From assembly GCA_030431755.1 (NCBI GenBank), contig JAUIIK010000003.1, forward strand, positions 1,770 to 65,769: a stretch of 64,000 bases of DNA. Reading direction: 5' to 3'. The translations under genes and the position numbers were made by a program. Positions 9,166 to 18,775 of the stretch are shown piece after piece. The stretch is from Chloroflexia bacterium. Its GTDB lineage: Bacteria; Chloroflexota; Chloroflexia; Thermomicrobiales; CFX8. The notes under the pieces are model-generated. The model was given only the letters and a program-made list of their open reading frames with translations. It did not search any database and was not told the DNA's origin. How positions within the stretch are numbered: the first letter of the stretch is position 1; each line of letters opens with the position of its first letter.

Positions 9166-10553
9166 GCTGTGGTTGCTCCCTCAAGCTCGTTCCAGTCGCC
9201 GGGGATGTAGAGTCGTCCTCCGGCCTGAAGAAATCGAACGGTTCCGTCGCCGTTCTTCCAGAATTTCACCTGCATCTGCTCCAGCTCGCCGCTGGTGATA
9301 ACATGCCGGTCGTCGCCAACATACCGTAGCCCAAACTGTTCGCCAGTCTGTGGCTCGGAGTTCTCCGAGTATGGGCTATGTGTCGTAAGCCGGCCCGTCA
9401 AGCCGGTATCGCTTGCCGCAACCTCTACCGAGGCATAGGGGTGACGGTAGGTGCCGCTCAGCGCCTCGGCCTCGGCCGGCGTAAGCTCGACAGTCGGCAA
9501 TGCCGTCGGTCTGATTCCTAGCGCGTGTTCTAGCACCCAATCGACGACCTCCGTTGCCAACCGACCGCCGCTGTCGCTATTGGTGAGAACGGCGACACCG
9601 AATCCCCGTTCCGGGACAAGTTCCAGCGCGGCCCGGAACCCATTGGTCGCGCCGCCATGCCCGACCACCACGCCGCCGTCCGCTTGTTGGACTTTGAAAC
9701 CGAGCCCCCACGATGCGCCGAATTCGTAGGTCTCGGCCTGTGGTTGCTGCATGGACTCGATGGCGCTCTCCGATAGGACACCCGACCTGCGGCCCAGGTG
9801 CAGCTCCGCAAAGGTCAAGATGTCTTCTACGCTGGCTAGCACGCCACCGGCCGGGTTGCGCGCGCGTGGCCGGAGGAACTGCCGCGCGATCTCGGCTGCG
9901 CCTGTACCGGGGCTATTCGTGTGACCCACTGCTACCGGGTAAGCGATAGCGTCGGCGGCAGAGAGGAACGTGTGGTCCATATCGAGTGGATCGAGGATGT
10001 ACTGCTTGATAGCCGCTTCGAACGTCGTCCCGGCAGCCTTGGCCGCGATGTGGCCGGCGAGGATGTAGCCGCAATTGTTGTAGGCCCACATCGTCCCTGG
10101 GTCAAAGAGCTGCGGCAGCCGCCAGTACTCGGCGCAGAAGCGCTCGGTTGCGTCGTCGGCCAGCCCGAAGTCATCGAACCAATCGCCCCAGAAGCCAGCC
10201 TGGTGTGTGAGCAGGTGGCGCAAGGTGATCTGCTGTGCGGCTACTTGAGAGCCAAGCCGAAACTCCGGTAGGTAGCTCATCACGGTCGCATCGAGGTCGA
10301 GTTGCCCGGCTTCGATGAGTGCCATCACCAGCGTTGCGGCGAACGGCTTGGATACTGAGCCGACCTGAAAGATCGTGTCAGCTCCAACTGGGAAGTACGT
10401 ATCGAGCGCAGTGACGCCATGACAAACAACTTCACGGCGCTCCGGACTTGTGATCCCTATTGCTACTCCTGGGACGCCATGCCGCTCCATAGAAGCGCGC
10501 ACAACTGAGCTCAGTTCGTTCGCCAAAGCCAACTGGATCACCTCATCTCGCAT
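9162..10553 (-). CDS. serine hydrolase, beta-lactamase/transpeptidase fold
   Basis: 463 aa with SVSK (S-x-x-K), YNNCGY and HGGATNG motifs. ATGA overlap with the downstream paralog. Confidence 0.85.
   Translation of the reverse strand: MRDEVIQLALANELSSVVRASMERHGVPGVAIGITSPERREVVCHGVTALDTYFPVGADTIFQVGSVSKPFAATLVMALIEAGQLDLDATVMSYLPEFRLGSQVAAQQITLRHLLTHQAGFWGDWFDDFGLADDATERFCAEYWRLPQLFDPGTMWAYNNCGYILAGHIAAKAAGTTFEAAIKQYILDPLDMDHTFLSAADAIAYPVAVGHTNSPGTGAAEIARQFLRPRARNPAGGVLASVEDILTFAELHLGRRSGVLSESAIESMQQPQAETYEFGASWGLGFKVQQADGGVVVGHGGATNGFRAALELVPERGFGVAVLTNSDSGGRLATEVVDWVLEHALGIRPTALPTVELTPAEAEALSGTYRHPYASVEVAASDTGLTGRLTTHSPYSENSEPQTGEQFGLRYVGDDRHVITSGELEQMQVKFWKNGDGTVRFLQAGGRLYIPGDWNELEGATTA
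9920..10370 (-). repeat. near-identical internal block shared with paralog at 11394..11844
   Basis: Roughly 88% aa identity across about 150 aa, by eye. A 46-aa run is identical (AAQQITLRHLLTHQAGFWGDWFDDFGLADDATERFCAEYWRLPQLF) and the DNA is nearly identical at synonymous sites. Confidence 0.75.
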
Positions 10554-10635
10554 TCAAATTCGTTTGATCGTCTATGCAGCTAGCTGAACTCAACTGGCTA
10601 AACGCAGACATTGGCCCAAATACCTGCGAAACAAG

Positions 10636-12006
10636 CTACGTGGCCGTTGCTCCTTCGCCGTACTCCAAGCCCTCTAGAACAAATAGCTCCCCTCCGGACT
10701 GAAGGAATCGGACTGTTCCATCCGGATGCGTCCAGAACTTCATCTGCAAGCCCTTCATCGAACCGTCTGCGATCATGAAGCGCTGCTCCCCGAGATAGCG
10801 CATGCTGAACGAAGGGCCTGAATGTTGTGTCGCGCTCTGCCCAGACGGGTCACCCGCAATGAAGCGGCCGCCGAGGCCTGCGTCAAGGGCCCCGATTTCG
10901 ACTCGCGAATCGGGTTGACAATACGTTCCTTCGAGGCGAGCTTTGTCTTGATCCGGCAATACGACCTGAACAGGGGCCGGAAGTGAAATGCCAGCAATCT
11001 GCTTGATTATCCAGTCAACTAATTCAGATCCGAGTTGATGTCCGCTACTACTATTCGTCATGACGGCTATCCCAAGACCTATAGTCGGAATGAGTTCAAG
11101 CCTGGCGCTGTAACCATAGGATCCGCCGAGGTGGCCGACGATGTCGGTTCCATCCGCGTGCAGGATCCTGAAACCGGGACTCCAAGCGGTGTCGATTTCG
11201 TAGGTGCTGACCGTCGGATCTTGCATGCGTTGGACACTATCGCTGGACAGCACACAAGATCTCCGGCCGAGATTGAGTTCGGCGAATGCAAGTAAGTCGA
11301 CGACGCTCGTCAGGATGCCGCCAGATGGATTCTTGACCCTGGGCCGCCGAAACTGTCGCGCGATCTCGGCTGCGCCTGTTTCCGCGTTGTTCGTGTGGCC
11401 AACCGCAATTGGATAGGCAATGGCGTCGGCTGCCGACAGAAACGTGTGATCCATTTCGAGTGGGTCGAGGATGTACTGCTCGATAGCCGCTTCGAACGTT
11501 GTTCCTGCTGCCTTAGCCGCGATGTGGCCGGCGAGGATGTAGCCGCAGTTGTTGTAGGCCCACATCTCGCCGGGCTCGAAGAGCTGCGGCAGCCGCCAGT
11601 ACTCTGCGCAGAAGCGCTCGGTCGCGTCGTCGGCCAGCCCGAAGTCATCGAACCAATCGCCCCAGAAGCCAGCCTGATGGGTGAGCAGATGGCGCAAGGT
11701 GATCTGCTGCGCGGCTTTCTTAGAACCAAGCCGAAACTCCGGCAAGTAACTCACGACGGTCGCATCGAGGTCGAGCTTGCCGGCGTCCACAAGCGCCATC
11801 ACAAGCGTCGCCGTGAATGGCTTCGAGATCGAGCCGACCTGGAAGATTGTGTCCGGACGCACGGCAAACTGGGTGTCTAGAGCGGTGATGCCCAGCGGCA
11901 TGATCGTGCGGTTGTCCGGCGTGGTGATGCCGATTGAGGCGCCCGGCACGGACAAGCGTTCCATCGCGCCCAGCGCAAATGCGCGTAGATCGTCTTCGAA
12001 TGCCAT
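10636..12006 (-). CDS. serine hydrolase, beta-lactamase/transpeptidase fold
   Basis: 456 aa with SISK (S-x-x-K) and YNNCGY motifs. Paralog of 9162..10553. Confidence 0.85.
   Translation of the reverse strand: MAFEDDLRAFALGAMERLSVPGASIGITTPDNRTIMPLGITALDTQFAVRPDTIFQVGSISKPFTATLVMALVDAGKLDLDATVVSYLPEFRLGSKKAAQQITLRHLLTHQAGFWGDWFDDFGLADDATERFCAEYWRLPQLFEPGEMWAYNNCGYILAGHIAAKAAGTTFEAAIEQYILDPLEMDHTFLSAADAIAYPIAVGHTNNAETGAAEIARQFRRPRVKNPSGGILTSVVDLLAFAELNLGRRSCVLSSDSVQRMQDPTVSTYEIDTAWSPGFRILHADGTDIVGHLGGSYGYSARLELIPTIGLGIAVMTNSSSGHQLGSELVDWIIKQIAGISLPAPVQVVLPDQDKARLEGTYCQPDSRVEIGALDAGLGGRFIAGDPSGQSATQHSGPSFSMRYLGEQRFMIADGSMKGLQMKFWTHPDGTVRFLQSGGELFVLEGLEYGEGATAT
11394..11844 (-). repeat. near-identical internal block shared with paralog at 9920..10370
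   Basis: See the partner repeat; the two copies are offset by about 1474 nt. Confidence 0.75.
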
Positions 12007-13190
12007 TAGATCACCCCATCTTGACGTAGCGCCGCGACTTGCTCGGCGCTGAAGCCAAGCTCATTGAGCACCTCGTCGTTGTGTTCGCCGAGCTCCGGCG
12101 GTGGCCGCCGGATCGAGCCGGGTGTGCCCTTCATCTTGATGGCGATCCCCGGCATGCGGAACTCGGGAATCTTCGGATGTGGCAGATCGACAATCAGTTC
12201 GTCGAACTCGACTTGGGGCATCGTCAGGGTCTTGTCAAGTGTGTTGACTGGGCCGCAGGCAACCCCGGCGGACGATAGCAGCTCCGACCACTCGTCAGCC
12301 GACTTCTCTGCCAGCACCGGCTCAAGCAGCGCATCAAGGGCGGCGCGGTTGTCGAGCCGGTCGGGATTGGAGGCGAAACGGGGATCATCCACCGCGTCGT
12401 CGAGGCCAAGCACGCCACAGAAGCGCCGCCACAAGGCGTCGGTCGCGACCGCAACGACAAGATAGCCGTCCTGTGTTGGGTACGCGCCGTAGGGGGCGAC
12501 CGCGCCATGGCTCGACCCCATGCGTTCTGGCACTTCGCCGGTCGCGAAGTAGGCGGTTGCGTGATAGGTCAGCCAGGAGACGCCTGCGCCGAGCAGCGAG
12601 ACTTCGATGCGTTGGCCCAACCCGGACCGTTCACGGGCGTAGAGCGCGGCGAGGATGCCCTGGACGGCGTTCGCGCCGGCGGTCAGGTCGATCAGCGATG
12701 TTCCGGCGCGTACCGGCGGTCGACCATGTTCACCGGTGATGCTCATCAGGCCGGTCGCCGCTTGCATGAGCAGGTCGACGCCGGCCTTATCCCGGTCTGG
12801 CCCGTCACTGCCGAATGCTGAGACTGCGACGTAGATGACGCGAGGGTTGATCTCATTGAGATCGTCGTAGCCCAGATTGAAACGCTCGGTTGTGCCACGC
12901 CGGAAATTCTCAATGACGATGTCGGCGTCCGCCGCGAGCATCCGCGCAATCTCTTGTCCGCGCGGCGCTTTGAGGTCGAGCGTGATGCCGCGTTTGTTGC
13001 GGTTTGTGCTGAGATAGTAGGTGCTGATGCCGTTCCAACTCGGTGGAAAGCGGCGAGTGTCGTCACCGATGCCAGGCGCTTCGACCTTGATGACCTCAGC
13101 GCCAAGGTCTCCAAGCGTCATCGCCGCGAACGGCCCGGCGAGGTGCCGGCTGAGGTCGAGCACCTTGATGCCCTCAAGCGGTCCATTCAT
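12006..13190 (-). CDS. CaiB/BaiF family III CoA-transferase
   Basis: 394 aa with the N-terminus MNGPLEGIKVLDLSRHLAGPFAAMTLGDLGAEVIKVE, characteristic of family III CoA-transferases. 1-nt TAATG overlap with the downstream gene. Confidence 0.9.
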   Translation of the reverse strand: MNGPLEGIKVLDLSRHLAGPFAAMTLGDLGAEVIKVEAPGIGDDTRRFPPSWNGISTYYLSTNRNKRGITLDLKAPRGQEIARMLAADADIVIENFRRGTTERFNLGYDDLNEINPRVIYVAVSAFGSDGPDRDKAGVDLLMQAATGLMSITGEHGRPPVRAGTSLIDLTAGANAVQGILAALYARERSGLGQRIEVSLLGAGVSWLTYHATAYFATGEVPERMGSSHGAVAPYGAYPTQDGYLVVAVATDALWRRFCGVLGLDDAVDDPRFASNPDRLDNRAALDALLEPVLAEKSADEWSELLSSAGVACGPVNTLDKTLTMPQVEFDELIVDLPHPKIPEFRMPGIAIKMKGTPGSIRRPPPELGEHNDEVLNELGFSAEQVAALRQDGVI

Positions 13191-13207
13191 GCTGCGTTGC
13201 CCTTCTT

Positions 13208-13969
13208 CTAGCGTCCTTGAAACCGCGGGGTACGGCGGTCTGCGAACGCGGCAAGCGCCTCCTTGCGGTCTGCGGTGTCTGCCGCGGCGGCGACATGCTC
13301 GATGTGGTGGGCGGTGGCTGCGCCTTGCCCGTCCGCGATACCGAGCGCCAGGTTCTCCTTCGTCTTTGTCAGCGAGATTGGCGAGAGCTGTTGGAGGTCG
13401 TCGGCAAGCGCCAGTGCCGCCGCCAACGGATCATCCGCGAGGCGTGTGATCAACGCCCAGCTGAGCGCTTCGTCAGCGTCGATCCAACGGGCGGTGTAGA
13501 GCATCTCCTGGGCCCGCGCCAGCCCAATCAGCTGATTCAGGTGGAAGGTTGGCGAGGGTACTGCGACTTTTGGCTCCGGGTAGCTAAAGCGCGAGGACGG
13601 CGAAGCAATACGCAGGTCGCCGCTGATCGCAAGCTCGCAGCCAAGACCGGCCGCGACGCCGTCGATGGCGGTGATGACCAGTGCGGGGAGGTTTCGCAGG
13701 CGTTGCAATACCGAATGCATCAACGTCGCCCGCGAACGGGCAAAGGACGCTGTTGCCTCGCGGCTCTCCTTGAGATCAATGCCGCTGCAGAAGCCAGGCG
13801 CAGCCGCACTGAGAATCACGAGACGCGGCGGATTGCGCTCAAGCTCGGTCAGAATGCCGTCGAGCGCTTCGAGCTCCGCGCGCCGCACGGCGTTGTAGAC
13901 GGCTGGCCGGGTGAGTGTGATTGTCGCGACCGGCGCGGCGTTATCGAACGCTATTGTTCCTGTATCCAT
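13208..13969 (-). CDS. enoyl-CoA hydratase/isomerase (crotonase) family protein
   Basis: 253 aa with crotonase oxyanion-hole contexts (FCSGIDLKE and AAGLGCELAISGDLRIA). Confidence 0.85.
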   Translation of the reverse strand: MDTGTIAFDNAAPVATITLTRPAVYNAVRRAELEALDGILTELERNPPRLVILSAAAPGFCSGIDLKESREATASFARSRATLMHSVLQRLRNLPALVITAIDGVAAGLGCELAISGDLRIASPSSRFSYPEPKVAVPSPTFHLNQLIGLARAQEMLYTARWIDADEALSWALITRLADDPLAAALALADDLQQLSPISLTKTKENLALGIADGQGAATAHHIEHVAAAADTADRKEALAAFADRRTPRFQGR

Positions 13970-14177
13970 GTGCCCTGCCTCCCCGTCGGCTAGACTAGCG
14001 CTGGTTAGCCGCGCATGGCAACCGGCAAAATCGCGCTTTCAGAGCAAATTGGGGACCAATGTCCTCTGACGATGCTGGACCTCTTCGACCTACTCTTAGG
14101 TCTAGGTTTGACGACGAAGTTGGCCAGCGCCCAAGCCTTGGTCCGTCCGCAGGCGACGAATGGGAGTCCACCTTTTG

Positions 14178-16661
14178 ATGAAGGTGCTCTTGATCCAGCA
14201 CCAGAATCACGCGCGCAAGCTGTTTCGCCACCTGCTGTCCAAGGAAGACTGTCAGGTCCACGAGTGCGCCAGCTTCGAGGCCGTTTCCGGGTTGCAGCGG
14301 CATGGCCCATTCGATCTTGTTTGTATCGACGAGCCGCTGCCCGACACCAAGCCGCTTGAGAGCATCCGGCGCTTGCGCTCGCTCGAGTCGACCACCGACG
14401 CGGCAATTGTCGCGCTCATCCGCAACGAGCATGAACGCGGGGCGTCGGCGCTCATATCGGCCGGCGCGAACGACTACATGGTGTTGCCCGCGCCGCTCGA
14501 AGAGGTCCAGCAGCGCCTGTCGGTCATTCTGGGCTGGGCACGACGTGCTGCGTCGAACGCAAGCGCCTCCAACTCTCCCTCCCAACCCAAGGACAAGTTC
14601 TTCGATAGCCTCCCGGACGCTGCCGTGCTCCTGGATAGAGTTGGCACGGTCGTCGCCGCGAACGAGCGGCTCGCCACGCTGACCGGGTACACCGTCCAGC
14701 AGCTTATCGGTCAACCGGCCGAGTTCATCGGACTCCCCATGGCGGAGGAGATGCCGGGGTTGCTGGAGGAAGCCGCGTCGGCACGCGACAAGCTCGAAGA
14801 TGTCACGCTCGTCCGGCGCGATATGAAACCGGTGCCCGCCGTCATTCGCTATGCCTGGCTCGACCCAGAGGTGCGCTCGATTGTCGTCGGCGTCGCACGC
14901 GAGACCGGCGAGACTGGTGAGATCGGGGCCGGCCAGCCAAATTCGGGCCGCGGTCGCAAGGCCAGACCTGGTTACCTGGAGTTCGACCGGCAAGGAGTCA
15001 TCCGGGCAGCCAATCGGCCGTTGGCGGATGCGCTGCGCACATCGCGGGATCAGTTGGTCGGTTCGAGCCTGCGCGGGCTGATCCACCGGGATGATCTGTC
15101 GAGCATCTCGAGGATCATGGCGCCGACCGGCGGCAGCGATGCCGGCGGGGTGAGCGGCAAGCTACGGCTCAAGACGGGCGACGGCGAGTGGGTTGAGCTT
15201 GATCTTGTTGGGACGGCGCAGGGTTCGGGCCGCGAAGGCAAGCGCTTCCGGCTCGAAGAGTTTGTCCAACCGGCAGACACGCCATACGACCTCACGCCGG
15301 AGGAGCAGGGCATCGATCGGGTTACCGGCCTCGTGGCGCGCGATGAATTCATCGAGAGCATCGGCCAGGCATTGGAAACCAATTCTGCCGGCAATCCAGT
15401 CGTCGTGCTGTTTCTCGACATCGACCGTTTCAAGCTCATCAACGAGCGACATGGCTATGCCACCGGAGACAGGTTCCTGGCGGCCTTCGCGGCGCGGCTC
15501 AAAGAGCTCATTACCTTCGCTGATGTTGCCGGGCGCATTGGGAGCGACGAGTTCGCGCTTCTGGTCGGAGTCGCGGGCAACATTGATGAGGCCGAGAGCG
15601 TTGCCCGCGCAATCGCTGAGGATCTTCTATCACGCTCGATTGTCGTTGGCGGCAAGGAGCATCTGTTGACGGCCAGTATTGGGATCGCATTGGCCGAACC
15701 GGGGACGATTGCGCCGGCCGAACTGTTGCGGCGCGCGGACGGCGCGGCCACACGGGCGAAGTCCGAGGGGCGCGGCAAGGTGCAGACCTACGAGTCCTCA
15801 ATCGAGCGCCGGACGAGCGACCGGCTCGAACTCGAACAGGATCTGCTGCAAGCGCTCAACCGCGACGAGCTGGTCGTCTACTACCAACCGGAGGTTGACC
15901 TGAACACTGGCGCGATCCTCGGCGTCGAGGCGCTCGTGCGCTGGCGGCACCCGGTCCACGGACTGATCGAGCCGTCCCGGTTCATTTCTACGGCCGAGGA
16001 CTCAGGCCTGATTGATCCGATTGGCCTCTGGGTTCTAAAGCAATCGTCGCAGGACGCCGCTACCTGGATCTCGCGCTACGCATTGCGCGACTTCTCGCTG
16101 TCGGTCAACTACTCGGCCAACCAGTTTCTCGGCGACAATCTGCTGATGGAGATCTCTTCGGCGCTCCGCCGGGCCGGATTGCCGCCGGCAGCATTGCGGG
16201 TTGAGATTACCGAGAGCGTGCTCATCGACGATCACCCTGATGTCCTCAAGCGCCTGCGCCAGATCCGGCGGCTTGGGGTGAATCTGGCGATCGACGACTT
16301 CGGCACTGGCCATGCGTCGATGACCTACCTGCGTTCGCTGCCGGTGAATTTCCTCAAAGTCGATCGCTCCTTCGTCAGCGGCGCGAGCGCGCAGTCTGGC
16401 GAGCTGTCGCTGACCCGTTCGATCGCTACGATCGCGCGCGAGGCCGGCCTGCACGTCGTCGTCGAAGGCATCGAGACGGGTAAGCAGCTGCAGCGCGTCA
16501 GGGAGATCGGCTGTCGGCGCGGTCAGGGCTACTACTTCTCTCGACCGGTCGCGGCGGAGACGATTGAATTCCTGTTGATGGCCGGGTCGCAGCCCTTTGC
16601 CGGCATACTGGGCGGCGCGAACCCAGATCAAGCGTCAGTGTCGAGCAGCTCCTCCTCATAA
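14178..16661 (+). CDS. REC(degenerate)-PAS-GGDEF(GSDEF)-EAL signalling protein
   Basis: Receiver-like N-terminus (MKVLLIQ...DLVCIDEPLPD), PAS region, GGDEF domain with RIGSDEF, and EAL domain with EALVRW, DDFGTG, KVDRSF, EGIET and QGYYFSRP. Start set at ATG 14178, downstream of GGGAG. Confidence 0.88.
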   Translation: MKVLLIQHQNHARKLFRHLLSKEDCQVHECASFEAVSGLQRHGPFDLVCIDEPLPDTKPLESIRRLRSLESTTDAAIVALIRNEHERGASALISAGANDYMVLPAPLEEVQQRLSVILGWARRAASNASASNSPSQPKDKFFDSLPDAAVLLDRVGTVVAANERLATLTGYTVQQLIGQPAEFIGLPMAEEMPGLLEEAASARDKLEDVTLVRRDMKPVPAVIRYAWLDPEVRSIVVGVARETGETGEIGAGQPNSGRGRKARPGYLEFDRQGVIRAANRPLADALRTSRDQLVGSSLRGLIHRDDLSSISRIMAPTGGSDAGGVSGKLRLKTGDGEWVELDLVGTAQGSGREGKRFRLEEFVQPADTPYDLTPEEQGIDRVTGLVARDEFIESIGQALETNSAGNPVVVLFLDIDRFKLINERHGYATGDRFLAAFAARLKELITFADVAGRIGSDEFALLVGVAGNIDEAESVARAIAEDLLSRSIVVGGKEHLLTASIGIALAEPGTIAPAELLRRADGAATRAKSEGRGKVQTYESSIERRTSDRLELEQDLLQALNRDELVVYYQPEVDLNTGAILGVEALVRWRHPVHGLIEPSRFISTAEDSGLIDPIGLWVLKQSSQDAATWISRYALRDFSLSVNYSANQFLGDNLLMEISSALRRAGLPPAALRVEITESVLIDDHPDVLKRLRQIRRLGVNLAIDDFGTGHASMTYLRSLPVNFLKVDRSFVSGASAQSGELSLTRSIATIAREAGLHVVVEGIETGKQLQRVREIGCRRGQGYYFSRPVAAETIEFLLMAGSQPFAGILGGANPDQASVSSSSSS

Positions 16662-17062
16662 CAAACCCACTCCACCTGGTTGCCCTCGGGGTCGCTGACA
16701 TACATTGATCGCCAGCCAACCCAACCGTGGACTGAGAACGAGATGTCGCAGCCAAGCTCTGATAGGCGCTCACGTTCTGGCTCGAAGTCCTCGGGCAAGA
16801 TTCCGAACGCAAGGTGGTCGAGCGGCGCTCGCCTCTGCGACGGTTCGGATGCGGTGTATCCATCAGCGCCGCTACGGTCGAAGAGCGCCAGGATCTGCGT
16901 ATGTCCGGCGACGCCGTCGGCAATGCGAAAGAACGTTGCCGTTTCCTGTTTGCTCATCAGTTCGAGGTTGACGATATCCTCGTAGAAGCGCGTCATCTTC
17001 TCCATGTCATCGACTTGCAGCGCGATCTCGCCGAGCGCTTTGATTGCCCGCTGTTGTGTCAT
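16628..17062 (-). CDS. VOC (glyoxalase/bleomycin resistance/dioxygenase) family protein
   Basis: 144 aa from ATG 17062 (AAAGGA SD). A single VOC module: LGEIALQVDDMEKMTRFYEDIVNLEL ... HLAFGI ... MYVSDPEGNQVEW. Confidence 0.8.
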   Translation of the reverse strand: MTQQRAIKALGEIALQVDDMEKMTRFYEDIVNLELMSKQETATFFRIADGVAGHTQILALFDRSGADGYTASEPSQRRAPLDHLAFGILPEDFEPERERLSELGCDISFSVHGWVGWRSMYVSDPEGNQVEWVCYEEELLDTDA

Positions 17063-17232
17063 TGTTCGTCCTTTCTCCGTATCGTGGTCGGTCGCACACG
17101 CAGCTTGCAGCCTTGCGGAGTGCCCGGCATCCGAAGTCCTGCCCATTTCGTGACCGGCAGTGGTGGGTTCGTTCTAGAATCCGTTCTCAATGCGGTGATT
17201 CGAAACGATCAGGTCATTGGGGAGAGAATAAG

Positions 17233-18192
17233 GTGGCACTTCCAGAAGGTATCGGCATCGTTGTTGGCAGCGCGAACGCGCGTGTTGGGCTTGAGGCCGG
17301 AGTCGAGACCCTTAAGGCGGGCGGCAGCGCGATTGACGCGGCGATCGAAGCCGTCAAGTGCGTCGAAGATAACGTCGAAGATCGGGGCGTCGGCACCGGC
17401 GGCATCCCGAACGTGATTGGTCAGGTCGAGCTTGACGCGACGATCATGGATGGCCGGACGCTGGCAGCCGGATCGGTCGGGGCGGTGAAAGAGTACCCGC
17501 ATCCGATTGAGATCGCCCGCAAGGTCATGGAGCTGACGCCACACGTCATGTTGGTAGGTGAAGGCGCAGAGCTGTTCGCGAAGCATCACGGCTTCGAAAC
17601 GGCGAACCTGTTGACTGAGGACGCGGAGGCAAGCTGGCGCGAGCGCATTCAAGGCGGGGCCAGCAACGGTAGCAGCGTCTACGAGGATAGCTACCAGCTC
17701 TACATGCAGGTGGTCGATGACTGGACCAAGAAGCTCCACGAGGAGATCTTCGGGACGACGAATGTCATCGTGCGCGATGCCCAGGGCGACATCGCCTGCG
17801 CTGTGTCGACGTCAGGCTGGGGTTTCAAGTGGCCGGGGCGGCTTGGCGACTCCCCGATCATCGGCGCGGGCAACTATGCCGACAACCGCTTCGGTTCGGC
17901 GGCCTGCACCGGCCGCGGCGAGATGGCGATTCGTTGCACAACTGCGGCGAGTGTCGTCATGTACATGCGGCACGGCAAGTCGCTGGCGGAAGCGCTCGAA
18001 GCCGCGATGGTCGATCTGCGGCATCTCGATGACCCGTTCGCTGGCGAACGCTCGAACGTTATGAACATCGTGGCGATGGACCGCGAGGGGAACGTCAACG
18101 CGGCCTCGACCTCAGAGGAATCGACCTTCGTCTTCCAACGGACAGACATGAGCAGCTACGAGGAGCAGGCACGCCTGACGGTGCCGCTGTAG
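17233..18192 (+). CDS. asparaginase_2 family Ntn-hydrolase (isoaspartyl peptidase/L-asparaginase or glycosylasparaginase-like)
   Basis: Autoprocessing context IFGTTNVIV, followed by STSGWGFKWPGRLGDSPIIGAGNYAD. Start set at GTG 17233, downstream of GGGGAGAG. Confidence 0.8.
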   Translation: MALPEGIGIVVGSANARVGLEAGVETLKAGGSAIDAAIEAVKCVEDNVEDRGVGTGGIPNVIGQVELDATIMDGRTLAAGSVGAVKEYPHPIEIARKVMELTPHVMLVGEGAELFAKHHGFETANLLTEDAEASWRERIQGGASNGSSVYEDSYQLYMQVVDDWTKKLHEEIFGTTNVIVRDAQGDIACAVSTSGWGFKWPGRLGDSPIIGAGNYADNRFGSAACTGRGEMAIRCTTAASVVMYMRHGKSLAEALEAAMVDLRHLDDPFAGERSNVMNIVAMDREGNVNAASTSEESTFVFQRTDMSSYEEQARLTVPL

Positions 18193-18438
18193 GGGGAGCG
18201 CTGGTCGTCATATGTGGCAATTCTGCATCGGCGGCGCGTCCGGACGGAGCCCGGACGGCCACGATCCGCGCTTCGTCCGAGCGTCGTGGTTCCCGCCGGC
18301 GGTCGATACCTAAGTACTTCGAGGGATCGACAAGCGATACGGTGGGACCTCTGGACTCACCCTTTCGGCTCTAACCGGCCACTGGCGTTCTCCCGGACAA
18401 TGGATTGGGAGGTGCGCAGTGGACCGGGAGACGAACAC

Positions 18439-18693
18439 ATGACCGCAAGAATCGCAGCCGAGACGACACTAGTGTGGGACGACCTGTCGCCGCGCCAGCA
18501 GGAGATCTTGCTCTGCCTCGCGCGAGGCAATAGCAACCAGGAAATCGCCGACGACCTTGGGCTGAAGCTCTCGACCGTGCGTAACAACATTGCAGCGGTC
18601 TACGAGATGCTCGGGCTCTCGAACCGGGTCCAGGCGCTCCTGTGGGTGCTGTCCTTCGACGAGCTCGCACAAGAAGTCCTCTCGCCGGAGTAG
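18439..18693 (+). CDS. LuxR-family HTH transcriptional regulator (stand-alone DNA-binding domain)
   Basis: 84 aa. LSPRQQEILLCLARGNSNQEIADDLGLKLSTVRNNIAAVYEMLGLSNRVQAL is a GerE/LuxR C-terminal HTH. Confidence 0.75.
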   Translation: MTARIAAETTLVWDDLSPRQQEILLCLARGNSNQEIADDLGLKLSTVRNNIAAVYEMLGLSNRVQALLWVLSFDELAQEVLSPE

Positions 18694-18775
18694 CGCACGC
18701 GCGCCGGCACGTGCTCCGGATTCGCTACACTGGTACTGGCGCGAATCCGGATCGTGGTAGAAGGCGTGTGCAGTC

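Noticed and set aside
13995-15086. 363-aa ORF on the minus strand
   Set aside because: It lies entirely antisense to the well-supported REC-PAS-GGDEF-EAL gene. The translation is Arg/Gly/Ala-rich with no motifs, a typical high-GC shadow ORF.
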